A DNA stretch of 35,785 nt from Octopus bimaculoides (taxonomy: Eukaryota): the NCBI RefSeq assembly GCF_001194135.2, contig NC_068983.1, positions 22,511,931 through 22,547,715 of the forward strand, in the 5' to 3' direction. The first letter of the stretch is position 1. Each line of letters starts with the position of its first letter. Shown here in pieces: positions 23,255 through 34,519 of the stretch. The translations under genes were made by a program, and so were the position numbers. Below the pieces are notes generated by a model. It saw only the letters and a list, made by a program, of their open reading frames with translations, was not told the DNA's origin and made no database searches.

Positions 23255-23610
23255 TAACATCCACTCTCCCATGCTTGCATGGGTTAGATGAAGTCTATTA
23301 AGGCAGATTTTTCTATAGCTGACTGCCCTTCACAGCACCAATGCTCACCTGTTTCCCAAGTAAGGTAATATTTTCTTCATGGCCAGACATGTCCTTGCAG
23401 AATATTGGTAATAAATGGCATTGCCTGTATGACAGTCACGATTTGAAGACAAGGAGACACAACACACACACACACAAGCTTCTTACAGTTTCCATCTTCC
23501 GAATCCATTCAAAAGGCTTTGGTTGGCTCAGGGCTGAATGCACTGAGACTGAACCCAAAAAGCCATGCAATTGAGAAGCAAACTGCTTAACTGCACAGCT
23601 ACACCTGTAC
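23255..23610 (-). mobile_element. Old SINE tail-B-type body plus head H
   Basis: tttaacatccactctcccatgcttgcatgggtt...cagtttccatcttccgaatccattcaaaaggctttgg...actgaaccc. Confidence 0.65.
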
Positions 23611-24085
23611 CTATGCAGCAAGATAAATATAGAAATAAATGGTAGCCAACAAGACGGTTCTGAAGATAGTAACAAAAATTCTCCCAATGTTTCTTCTATT
23701 ACAACATTATATCACAAGAGACTGGCATAATTAATTGCTAATGATGCAACAATTTACTTGTGAAAATGTTAGCCAATTAGGAAATCACTATGCAGAAACC
23801 AGACCTGCTAGAAATAGCAGCCAAGTTTTCCTCAAACACCACTCTAGATACACTGTGTCTGAAATCAAGATGGAGAAATCATGGCTTTTAATGCCTTTGA
23901 TCATAAGGTGTACTAAATGAGCGCTAATTCGAAGCATAAACAACAATATTTAGAACAGGATTATTTCAAAATAAAAGCAAAACAGGAAAAGCCAATGAGA
24001 AGGAAATGCTCAATAAATTAATTAACTTGCTAATAATATGAGTCCAGAGTTAATTCCTAATCCCAGCAATAACATTCCCAACCTT

Positions 24086-24129
24086 AAACCTAGAGGGTCA
24101 GTTAAGAACTTAACTGACCCACAAGGTTT
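24086..24129. other. Hairpin with a perfect 12-bp inner stem, extendable to 21 bp
   Basis: aaacct-aga-gggtcagttaag-aa-cttaactgaccc-aca-aggttt. Confidence 0.85.
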
Positions 24130-24151
24130 TTTTAAAATTTTGCCTAACTTA

Positions 24152-24529
24152 GGTGGCACTCCGTCGCTTACGACATCGAGGGTTCCAGTTGATCCGATCA
24201 ACAGAACAGCCTGCTCGTGAAATTAACGTGCAAGTGGCTGAGCACTCCACAGACACATGTACCCTTAACGTAGTTCTCGGGATATTCAGCGTGACACAGT
24301 GTGACACGGCTGACCCTTTGAATTACAGGCACAACAGAAACAGGAAGTAAGAGTGAGAGAAAGTTGTGGTGGAAGAGTACAGCAGGGTTCGCCACCATCC
24401 CCTGCCAGAGCCTCGTGGAGCTTTAGGTGTCTTCACTCAATAAACACTCACAACGCCCGGTCTGGGAATCGAAACCGCGATCCTATGACTGCGAGTCCAC
24501 TTCCCTAACCACTGGGCCATTGCGCCTCC
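24152..24529 (-). mobile_element. Near full-length OR-like tRNA-derived SINE with 15-bp TSD
   Basis: Reverse complement of 4753-5130; attttgcctaactta at 24137-24151 and 24530-24544. Confidence 0.92.
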
Positions 24530-24604
24530 ATTTTGCCTAACTTATCCAGAGTGAAAAAGTAAAGGCAGAGATGGTTGTATGATTAACTGAAAAGAAGCAT
24601 GATG

Positions 24605-24910
24605 TATATGTGTGGTTAGAGCGTTGGGCTCACAATCATGAGGTAGTGAGTTCAATTCCTGGACCAGGCTGTGTATTGTGTTCTTGAACAAGACACTTTA
24701 TTTCACATTGCTCCAGTTCACTCAGCCATAGAAATGAGCTGTAACATTACTGGTGCCAAACAGTATTGGCCTTTGCCTTACCCTTGGGTAATATTGGTGG
24801 CATGGTGAGGGGAAGCTGGTATGCATGGGCAACTGATGGATCTCCATAAACAACCTTGCCTGAAATTGTGCCCCAGAGGGTAACTTTTTAGGTGCAAGCC
24901 CATGGTCTTT
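24605..24910 (+). mobile_element. tRNA-derived SINE, separate family with CORE-like segment
   Basis: gtggttagagcgttggg (A box), gagttcaattcc (B box), ttcttgaacaagacacttta...ttgctccagttcactcagc. Confidence 0.7.
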
Positions 24911-25809
24911 TATGACCGAGGGGGTGGCTCCTTCCTCCTTACTATGCTGTAAAGATGTTGGTGAAAGGAAGTGCATCCAGCTTTAAAAACCTGTCCCCCC
25001 TCTACAACCCAAAAAATATTAACCAGCAGAAGAGCAGTCTCTGCAGGCCACAGCAAAGCAAGCATAATCCTGCAGATAACTTCTACAGTATCACTGCCAT
25101 GATAAAATGTATCTAGTCCATATTGTCATACAGTCCCACTAGTGCTAATCTCAAGATAAAATACACCTAGTCCCAGCATGTCAGATGACCAAAGGCCATG
25201 AGATTATGTAAGGCCCATTTAACCCATGCTACCATAAAAAAATATGATAATGATCTTAATGTATCTAGGATTACACAGTCCAATGTATTCTTCCATTTTA
25301 CCCAAAGACATTCAATGTGATTTGAAGATTTCACTATTATTTCTAACAGGTGAAGCCTGCCATGAAGAGGTTCCCATGTCGGCTGACAGTATTATCACTG
25401 CTGGGACAGGAAAAGTTAGCATAATGAAAATGCCTTATTTAAATAAATCGATGAACAATGGCTGTAACATCACATAGTGACCAGAAGCTCAAACCTTATG
25501 GCAACAGCCAAACGCTATACACTAACACAATCAGAGAGCCTCAAAACATGGTTACCTAATCTGCCCAAAAGAGCAGCCAAATTTCTCTAAAACTACACAC
25601 AACCATCATTAAAAAAACTAAACAAGATAATGTATGAAGAAGTATTTTATGCTTGGATGGTCATGTCTATAGAACACCTTTGATTATAATTCAATCAAAG
25701 CTGACTTGGGACTAAGCAACACAACTACCTCATCTCTAAAGTGGCATTTTTTTTTCTAGGCTCTCTGTCAAGAAAATCTCTACTGCCTTTGCAGAAACCT
25801 CCACACTTT

Positions 25810-25960
25810 CATGCACTTCCAAAATTCTGCAAAATTTCTAACTGGCCATGGGTAAATATTACCTTGCTTGGAAACAAGTATGGGCATCCGGCCATAGAAA
25901 ATCTGCCTTAATAAGCTCCGTCCAACCCATGGAAAACATGGACGTTAAAACGATGATAAT
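25810..25960 (+). mobile_element. Tail-B-type SINE 3' fragment
   Basis: gggcatccggccatagaaaatctgcc...ccgtccaacccatggaaaacatggacgttaaaacgatgat. Confidence 0.7.
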
Positions 25961-25989
25961 CACACAACAATGGAATCTTAATTTTCTAA

Positions 25990-26730
25990 ACTTCAACAAT
26001 AGCAAAATTACTGCCCTTAACATCAGCAAGGCCATCAGTTATGTCGGGAGTATCAACACCAACTTGCCTTTCAATAAGGCAATGAAATTCCCAATCAGAT
26101 CATTCACCTGTAACATGTTCTGACAGAATTCACCCCAAACCACATATATCAACTCGGGTACACCAGGGTCTACACAACACCCTTCCCATACATTACAACA
26201 CCCAGCTAAAGTCCTTAAAGTTAATACAATACTAGGCCTTACAATTTCTGCAAATCTCTCGTAACTACAAATATTGCCAAAACTGCATCCTAATTGCTGA
26301 GGTTCCTTTTAAAAATTAGAACAAAGATTTCATCCCGGTCCAGTGCTGTCCATCTATAAAACTTATGTATGACCCGTAATAGAGTCTAATACACTATAAT
26401 CACTGTTTCTTCTTTATGTATCTTCTACAATGACTACAAGCAGTCGATTTTGTCCTGAACCAGCTCGTACCTACATTTCACAGGCTTACTCGCGGCACTT
26501 GTCTACCACGATTCCCACTGCCTCGCCCTAACCAGTGAAATGTTTAGTATAAAACCCAATCATTCTACCTCAGAACCACAAATACTGTCCAAGTTTCTCT
26601 ATAGGCGTCAATTCACAAAGGTTTAAACAGAACATCGCCTGCACTTCAGGTTAGTCTGGTAGGACCTCCAAAAGTCAAGAGGTCTGATCCTCAAATAATT
26701 TATATTATATTTATCCTAATGTCAACACGG
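25990..26730 (+). mobile_element. Decayed, internally deleted non-LTR (CR1/Jockey-like) reverse transcriptase remnant
   Basis: Fragments translate as TALNISKAISYV (cf. LDISKAFD), INSGTPGS (cf. SGVPQGS), LGLTISANLS and HLYKTYV*PVIE (cf. LYKxxVRPxLEY). Confidence 0.65.
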
Positions 26731-28749
26731 ATGTGCGTGTATAAATATATATATATGTTTGTCTAAATAACGATGTCAACCACTCAAACCATAGAGCTTA
26801 TTTACTTCTAAAACAATTTCACTAAAAGCGTGTATCGAGCACTTTGCAAAAAGTATATATTTGTGTATATAGTTATATATAAATATATAAAATGTGTGTC
26901 TGTGTGTGTGTGTACCTAAAATAAAATGATGTGACGAAGCGGTATCGTGTCATATTATTTATATTTATAAAGTGGTTAACGTCACAAATGTTGTTCATAT
27001 GTTCAACAATAAATAAGCCAGATACCAAATGACGAAAATAAAATAAAGAAGTTCAGGACTTATTGGGTACATAAAACCATTGTTATGATTACCGTTATTA
27101 GATTTACTATCATGTACTATGTTAGAAGATTAGCTTGTTAGATGAAAATAATTCGGATATCAAGTTTAAACTCATTGTTTTTGTTATTCTTTGAATTTTT
27201 CTTCGATTTACAATATTCAATAATTTATAGCCTGCTCCAACATTTTAACGATTTCTTTAGACCTTGAATAATAAACATGAGATTTAATTTTGTGAGGAGA
27301 AAGCAAAACGAAAAAGAACGACGGTTGTTGTTGTGAATAGTTCTATGAGGCCTTAGCAAAACACGATCCAAAACGTCTTCCTCTTCACGCAAACATTACA
27401 CGTACGATGTTATTTTTTATTTTTATCAGACAAGGAAAGAAGGGATAAATGGTTTCGTCATCGGGCAATATTATGTCACTAGAATTTTGTATCTTACTCG
27501 ACTGATTACAACAATGTAAGAGAAATAAATCGAAGGGTGATTTTTTTTCCTTGAGTATAAACAAACAATTCAGTTACATAAACACGAGATAGACAGAGAC
27601 AGAAAAATGTGGAAAGGAAAGATAAAATGTGTCATTTAGCTTTTATAACAGCTTTTTGTTCTGTCCGAGAGTAGAGGGAGGTTTTAACTCCTGCTCCCCA
27701 CTACATCAACTGCCACGTGCATACATATGATCGGCAGAATAGGAAAGGCCAAGACTGATGCCGAAATCAGCAGATAAATTAACCCCCCCACACCATCATT
27801 GAACTACATCAGTAAGGCACACCACAACCCTTGCTCTGCGATTTACAGATTATTTCAAGGTACGATTAAATGCATTTGGAACAATCTACTCATCGCAAAT
27901 AGGAACGTGTTTACTAATAAAACGAACAAGGACGGGTTTGTGTGCGTATATACACATATACATAGATGCGCGAGTGATTTTGTGCGAATTTGTTATTGTA
28001 CAACAATCAGGTCATAAACAACAATTCGACGAAATTCTAAACAATTTTTTTTTCTCCACATTTCGATTTAATTATTAGACTAGCGAGAAAAATTTAATTT
28101 TATGACAATAAATGCTGTGTTTTCGTAGCAAAAAAAAAAAGAATGTAGAGGGAATGAGAGAAAGAAATTGCTTAAAATCAAAGACAGCTTCAACGACACC
28201 GACATGGCAGTCTCGAAGAGTCGGGAGGACACAGTGACACACAAAAATACAGACGGCTTGTTTATAAGGAGGGGGCAAAAGCTGCGAATGATTGTACGTG
28301 TGTGTATGAGAAGTGGAACGAATAAATATAATGAAGAAGACGACATCGACCATAGATTTGGGATAGGGAGATATTTATCAACCGATCTAACTTAAAATTA
28401 AACGACCGAGATAAAAAGTTCACAACAGGGTTTCATGTAAAACAATGTAATTAGATATACATTCTGTTAATACAAAAGCCATTTTAAAAACGTTTAAGAA
28501 GACGGGAAAATAATAAACGAACGAAAAAACAGTGAGATAACCAAAGTCGGCCTAATAATGTTTTCGCGGGAACTTAAGCTGTAGACATTTAATTTCAAAG
28601 TCAGACTGAGCGCACCTTGGACAGTAGTCGACCTCCACAATACTTATAAAGACAACTCCAGTCCAAAACAGCAGCCACCATGTAATAACAGCGATCAGAA
28701 ATTTATACGCAATCTTTAAAGAAAGGCCATAACTAACAGTTGAACTTAC

Positions 28750-28860
28750 CTAGCTTTCCTTATTTACAAAAATGAGAATGTTTTTCTTGACCTAATATTC
28801 TCTCGGAATGGTCCGAATCTCCTCCACCTCGCCGTGCCGCACTTACATTCACCATTAGAT
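28750..28860 (-). other. Candidate first exon of an unidentified minus-strand transcript
   Basis: Donor CTAG|GTAAGT (intron starts 28749) and alternative AAT|GTAAGT (28846), directly downstream of the ETS and E-box motifs in CpG-rich unique DNA. No transcript evidence. Confidence 0.45.
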
Positions 28861-28863
28861 TTC

Positions 28864-28891
28864 ACCGGAAGTTTGCAACGAGACCACGTGA
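28864..28891. promoter_or_regulatory. Putative core promoter motifs: ETS/GABP site and CACGTG E-box
   Basis: ACCGGAAGT 28864-28872 and CCACGTGA 28884-28891; both are established TSS-proximal motifs of metazoan housekeeping promoters. Confidence 0.6.
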
Positions 28892-29712
28892 TTACGCCCT
28901 TTCATTAGATACGCAACACGCACTGCCTTAACTCCCTTCTCTCCAAATGAGCAACAATGTTCCACAACATCATCTGTTGTAGTTTTGTTCTTTTTTTTCC
29001 TCTCTCTCTCTCACTTTCTCTATAATTGCATTCAACTTTTCAACTTCTTTCTCAAAATAAAATGACAAAATGCTCATAGATATTATATGGTGTTATTTAA
29101 ATTATTTATATCTAATTTTTCGTTCTAAAGCATGGTAATCTAGATAAACATAGTGGTTAATTACTTTGCAAAATAATTATTTTTAAAAAAATATTAAATT
29201 ATATTGAAAATTATTTGATAATGTAGATTCGATAATAATATTACGAATTATAAAAATTATATATATGCAATTCACATACAAACATTTTCGAAGTAGTGCT
29301 ATTATCTTAATTCAACAAGCTACTTTTACATTCAGATTTAATAAAATTGTAAAGATGAGAGCTAATTTATTTATATATCTGTTACTGTCTTATTTCGGAG
29401 CAAAATAACTCTTTTAGCCAAATCAAAACCGCCACAACATTCCATCTGAACGTTTTTATTATGTTACTTAGACTCGAAAATTAAAATACTGTTTACTTGC
29501 TTCAGACAAAAGTTTTTCTCTAATATTTATTAAGTTCAAAAACATGAAATTTACTTCACGTCACTCGCTCATTCTCTCCTGCATAGTTCAGTTGATAGAG
29601 AAACAGGCGTGAGTATTCTATTTTTTCCGTAATGTAAATATATCTTCTTAGTTGTGGACATATATTTATTCTACATTAAACTCGTTATAAACAAAATCTT
29701 ATTTATAACATG

Positions 29713-29715
<3 letters not shown>

Positions 29716-29747
<32 letters not shown>
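29716..29747. repeat. (TA)n microsatellite
   Basis: Direct. Confidence 0.95.
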
Positions 29748-29749
<2 letters not shown>

Positions 29750-30798
29750 TCAGTGTTTACATAGCGGGATGAGTTCTTTTGACCTCATATAATCAGCTGA
29801 AGTCAATACAAATACACGTGTATAATTTGTGCTGAAAGTTTTCAGCTTTCAACAGTAAACTAAAGGGTCTCTAAGCTAGTGGTTTTCACCCTTTTTAATA
29901 TCCAGGCCAGATCCCAAACCTCACTTTTTGTGGGGAGCCGCAATTATATTTATAGAGGGAAGACCGTCGAGGGCTGTGAGAAGCATGTATGAAGGCTGCT
30001 TAAAGCCTTGTGAGCCGCAGTCGAGAACTGCTGCTCTAAGCAGTCGCTCGACCTGCTAGAAATAGCAGCTAAATTAGCCTGAAATCACACTTATCGAAAA
30101 GAAAAACAAATGACGCAATAGACAATATCACACTAAACACTCTTAAAAATAGTGTGGTCATACCTGAAATGATCATCCAAACTGCTTTAATCACTCGAGA
30201 AGGAAGTACCCATAACTTTTACAGAACCTACGAGACAGAGAGAAGGGAGAGATCAGCTAAGTGTAGGTATGGCCTGAATACTTAGAACTGATAGGACTTT
30301 GCTACAGGTTCACAAAGTGCCAAGTCTTTGGTGTTAAATCAAGAGATGGATTCAGTCCACCATGGTAAAATTTTAATGAAGAACACAAAAAGTCTGAACA
30401 AGTACCACCAGGCATCCAGTCCAATATTCATAGTCCCATCAATCAACCTCCCTTCATAGGTACTTTTTTATGGACTCTGAAAGGATGAATGGTAAATCTG
30501 ACCTCAGCACAGTGACATAGATAGAGTGTGGGCCACCTGGGCAGCACTTGAGTTATCCCTTCTCATCCCTTTGGGTTCTCTAAGCCTACACAGGCTTACA
30601 CAACAAACCCAAAGTGCCACACCCTTAAAAGCATCACCCAGAGTGGACAACGTCCCTCACCTCCTAACAGCTCTTCCAATGCACCTCCTAAAATGCATAC
30701 CATTATTTAATTTAGTTTTTTTTTGGGGGGGAGGGGGTATATCTGTAATTATATTCTAAAATTGGGCCATAAATATGTAATACACTCCTTTTTATATA

Positions 30799-31318
30799 TT
30801 CTCTTTTACTCTTTTACTTGTTTCAGTCATTTGACTGCAGCCATGCTGGAGCGCACAGCCTTTAGTCGAGCAAATCGACCCCAGGACTTATTCTTTGTAA
30901 GCCTAGTACTTATTCTATCGGTCTCTTTTGCGAACCGCCAAAGTTACGGGGACATAAACACATCNNNNNNNNNNNNNNNNNNNNNNNNNNNNNNNNNNNN
31001 NNNNNNNNNNNNNNNNNNNNNNNNNNNNNNNNNNNNNNNNNNNNNNNNNNNNNNNNNNNNNNNNNNNNNNNNNNNNNNNNNNNNNNNNNNNNNNNNNNNN
31101 NNNNNNNNNTATATATATATATATATATATATGCGTGTGTGTGTGTATATACATATATACGACGGGCTTTCAGTTTCCGTCTACCAAATCCACTCACAAG
31201 GCTTTGGTCGGCTCGAGGCTATAGTAGAAGACACTTGCCCAATGTGCCACGCAGTGGGACTGAACCCGGAACCATGTGGTTGGTAAGCAAGCTACTTACC
31301 ACACAGCCACTCCTGTGC
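30799..31318 (-). mobile_element. Young SINE head H plus tail C, with an assembly gap in its microsatellite hinge
   Basis: Tail-C end at 30799-30964 and head at 31139-31318; N run 30965-31109 abuts (TA)n. Confidence 0.9.
30965..31109. other. Assembly gap (N run)
   Basis: Run of N. Confidence 0.99.
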
Positions 31319-31617
31319 AAATGTTTAAGTGTCTCATTCTTCGAGAAACAAAAGAGGGCAACAGCAGTGCTGAAGGCGCCTATTAAGGTAGAAGCATGTA
31401 TCAACAGCTGTCCTCTTGTCTCCAGACAGTCAAAAGTCTTCTTTTTTTTTTCATTTGGAATTGATCCCATCTGCTACCAAGTGATTGTTTTACCTTCTCC
31501 GGAAGAAGAGATAATTTCTTTGAATCAGGAATTTATCTTGTAGAGTAACTTAATACACACACTAGCCATTCTGAGTTATTTCTCTTAATTCATTTTCAAT
31601 TTATATATATATAAATA

Positions 31618-31830
31618 TCATCATCATTATCATCATTTCACATCCATTTTCCATGCTGGCATGAGTTGGACAGCTTGACAGGAGCTGGCCGCTGAAGAGC
31701 TGCCCAGGCCCCATACCTGTTTTGGCATGGTTTCTCCTGCTGGATGCCCTTCCTAATGCCAAACACTTTACAGAGTGTACTGGGTGCTTTTACATGGCAC
31801 CAGCATGGGTGCTTTTTACATGGCACCAGC
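31618..31830 (-). mobile_element. Older tail-B SINE 3' fragment
   Basis: catcatttcacatccattttccatgctggcatgagttgga...ctggatgcccttcctaatgccaaacac...gggtgcttttacatggcacc. Confidence 0.8.
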
Positions 31831-31940
31831 ACCTATATATATATATATATTAATATTATCAAGGGCAATGAGAAATATTAGAAATTTCTACTACCAGTGG
31901 CCTAGCATGTACAATTTAGTCAATAGACTATATATTATTC

Positions 31941-32110
31941 ATATAAATACAGTGGACATTTAAACACATAAGAGGCATCCATCATATGGATTCCTTGCAC
32001 ACTAGAAAGAACAGTTATATTCCATACCACTGTTAACTGTTCTTTCTAGCGTGCAAGGAATCCATATGATGGATGCCTCTTATGTGTTTAAATGTACACT
32101 GTATTTATAT
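31941..32110. mobile_element. 170-bp near-perfect palindrome; probable Tc1/mariner-derived fold-back MITE (core 31950-32101)
   Basis: 77-bp arms 31941-32017 and 32034-32110 with 2 mismatches and a 16-nt loop; core ends TA|CAGTG...CACTG|TA. Confidence 0.75.
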
Positions 32111-32116
32111 ATATAT

Positions 32117-32312
32117 ACTGGCACTTGTGCCGGTGGTACGTGAAAAACAACATTCGAGCAAGGGCGTTGCCAGTGCTGCTGGACTGGCTCCTTTGCAGGT
32201 GACTGGCTCCTGTGCAGGTGACACATAAAAACACCATTTGAGCGTGGCTGTTGCCAGTACCGCCTGACTGGCCCTCGTGCCGGTGACACGTAAAAGCACC
32301 CACTACACTCTC
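32117..32312 (+). mobile_element. Internal tail-B SINE segment lacking its (GAT)n end
   Basis: gttgccagt...gactggc repeats and gacacgtaaaagcacccactacactctc as at 19029-19056, then an abrupt switch to LINE sequence. Confidence 0.85.
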
Positions 32313-32824
32313 AGAGTTTTCAGAAAGACGGGGAAAATCTGGACAAGTAAAAGCATTGATTTGAAAATAAAACTGCGTCTATACAGCACCATCGTGTTAC
32401 CAACAGCACTGTATGCCAGTGAAACTTGGAAAGTAACATCAACAATATCCAAGAAACTGGATGTATTCCATCAGAGGTGCTTGCGAAAAATATTGAAGAT
32501 CTCCTATCGCGACCACATCAGAAATACTGCAGTCCTCCAGCGAGCACAGTCAAGAAAGCTGCAAGACATCGTGGCGGCAGAGAGAAGAATGAGACTAGCC
32601 AGGCATATTTTCCCGCATGCCAGACCAACAGCATTTAGATGGGAACCACCTGGTGGGAAGAGAAAGAGAGGAAGACCCAAAACAACATGGCACAGATCGT
32701 TCAAAGCAGACATAGCAGTAATAAACAGAAAATGGGAAAACATCGAGAGACAGGCTGCCAATAGAGATCAGTGGAGATTGTTGTCTGCCCAATGCGCCAC
32801 CAGATGTGGGATGGACTAAGGACT
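32313..32824 (+). mobile_element. 5'-truncated RTE-clade LINE: post-RT C-terminal ORF segment and 3' end
   Basis: Open frame to TAA at 32819 with KLRLYSTIVLPTALYASETW, LDVFHQRCLRKIL, GKRKRGRPKTTW and ANRDQWR, all characteristic of RTE ORF C-termini. Confidence 0.9.
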
Positions 32825-33399
32825 GCTTGGTGAATAGCTTGGCCAAGTACCCTTCATTGAATAATTATAATATCAGAGGATCGGCAAGCTAAGAAACATA
32901 TGTAACCTGGATTTTACCTGTTCCACTTGCTCAGTTTGGATATATAGTTCAACTTTACAAAAAACAAAAGATGAAGACAGGTGAGGGAACAGCAAGCAGG
33001 ATTATTACTTTGCCGCTTCGGATGAATATGAAAGTCTTTGACATTTCGAGCCTATGCTCTTTGACAGAAAGGAATTGAGAGGTAAAAAAAAATGGAGAGA
33101 GAAAATGTGTTGGGATTAACAGTTCAACGTGAAATAACAGGAAAAAAACAGTTGAGTGGAAGGGAGATAATAACGGTGATTTGGTTGAACTAGGGTGTGC
33201 AAGCATGTGTGTGTTTGTAAGAATGGTGTATGTGAGTGTGTATGTTTGAATGGGGGCAAGCTTGTGTGAATGTATGAGTGAGTGGGCTTAAAATTATGTG
33301 GGCCTGTGTGTTCGTATAGAAGCGTGCGTGTGTATGTGAATAAGTAACCTAGTGCGTCCATTGGATACATGTATGTGTATATGTATATATGTGTGTGCA

Positions 33400-33505
33400 T
33401 ATGGCCATGCTGGAGCACTGCCTTTAGTCAAGCAAATCGACCCCAGGACTTATTCTTTGTAAGCTTAGTACTTATTCTATTGGTCTCTTTTGCCAAACCG
33501 CTAAG
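33400..33505 (-). mobile_element. SINE tail-C fragment
   Basis: tggccatgctggagcactgcctttagtcaagcaaatcgaccccaggacttattc...aaaccgctaag. Confidence 0.85.
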
Positions 33506-33732
33506 ATACAGGGAGCAACAGGAAATGAAGTATTTTGCTCAAGAACACAATGCATCACCCAATTCTGGAATTGAAACCACAATCTGATGATCATGAGTCC
33601 AGTACCCTAACCACTAAGCCATGGGTTGTTGAGGGTTGAACATGGAACCCTGTAATTGTAAAATGAACATTCATAACCCCCATGGCCTCTACAGCCTCCA
33701 CAGCTCCCACAGCTTGCTTACTCAAGTATTAA

Positions 33733-33954
33733 CCCTTTAGCATTCAAACTGGCTATACCAGGCCCAAATATTCTCCCTGTTTTATGCTCAAACTGGCTTG
33801 CTCTGGCCTCTTGCAGTTACCCAACAATGTCATTCTAAAAATAAACAAGCGCATTATCAATATTTCAAAGCTTTGAGATAATGCATGATTAATTCAAAAC
33901 AATGTGATTAAAAAAAAGTATTACATGTGACAGAGTAATCTGAATGCTAAAGGG
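33733..33954 (+). mobile_element. piggyBac-type MITE family A, complete (222 bp), with TTAA TSD
   Basis: TTAA 33729-33732 and 33955-33958; perfect 14-bp TIR ccctttagcattca / tgaatgctaaaggg. Confidence 0.9.
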
Positions 33955-34252
33955 TTAAATCTGATAATGATCACCTTTTCCATTTATGAACCCTTTCATG
34001 ATTGTACATCCCAAGCCATAATGTACAACTTTGGTTGTACATAAAACAAAGCATACAAATATCTATTTGGAGGAGCTGGTGTAATTCTTCATACCTGCCT
34101 CTTTTTATTCTTCTGGAACTGTTGGATGTGTTTATCATCCATATCTTCAACTGTTCTCCATGTGTGAGATTCTCAAAGAAAGTGTATGCATGTGTTTAGG
34201 AGTTTAATGTTGTGCATTCTTGGAGAATTTATATTGCCGCCATCACCATCAC

Positions 34253-34476
34253 TATTACTTTCTTTATTGCCCGCAAGGGGCTAAACATAGAGGGAACAAA
34301 GACAGACAAAGGGATTACATCGACCCCAGTGCGTAACTAGTACTTAATTTATCAACCCCGAAAGGATGAAAGGCAAAGTCGACCTCGGTGGAATTTCAAC
34401 TCAGAATATAACAGCAGACGAAATACCGCTAAGCATTTCGCCCAGCGTGCTAACGTTTCTGCCAGCTCGCTGCCTT
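34253..34476 (-). mobile_element. Young family D SINE (tRNA-like head, Nin-like central domain), possible 8-bp TSD tattactt
   Basis: Reverse complement: TGGCAGAAACG (A box), GAGTTGAAATTCC (B box), gcctttcatcctttcggggttgataaattaagtac. The Nin-domain resemblance is from memory. Confidence 0.85.
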
Positions 34477-34519
34477 AATTATTACTTCTAAGTGATGTTC
34501 AGCTAGTCTTTCTTTAGTT

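Noticed and set aside
25320-25415. Minus-strand exon candidate after a strong branch point/acceptor (gctaacttttcctgtcccagcag)
   Set aside because: All frames stop or lack a good donor, and the peptide is unrecognised; a non-coding exon cannot be excluded.
28674-28685. Perfect Kozak GCCACCATG on the + strand
   Set aside because: Immediately followed by TAA TAA; no ORF.
28760-28855. MVNV start resembling ribosomal protein RPL36A/eL42
   Set aside because: The continuation (SAARRGGGDSDH...) does not match, and no PKTRRT/KVTQYK exon was found in the window.
32918-32979. Small exon-like segments on both strands (minus 32952-32918, ELYIQTEQVEQ; plus 32934-32979)
   Set aside because: Equally plausible on both strands with no recognisable protein; not distinguishable from chance.
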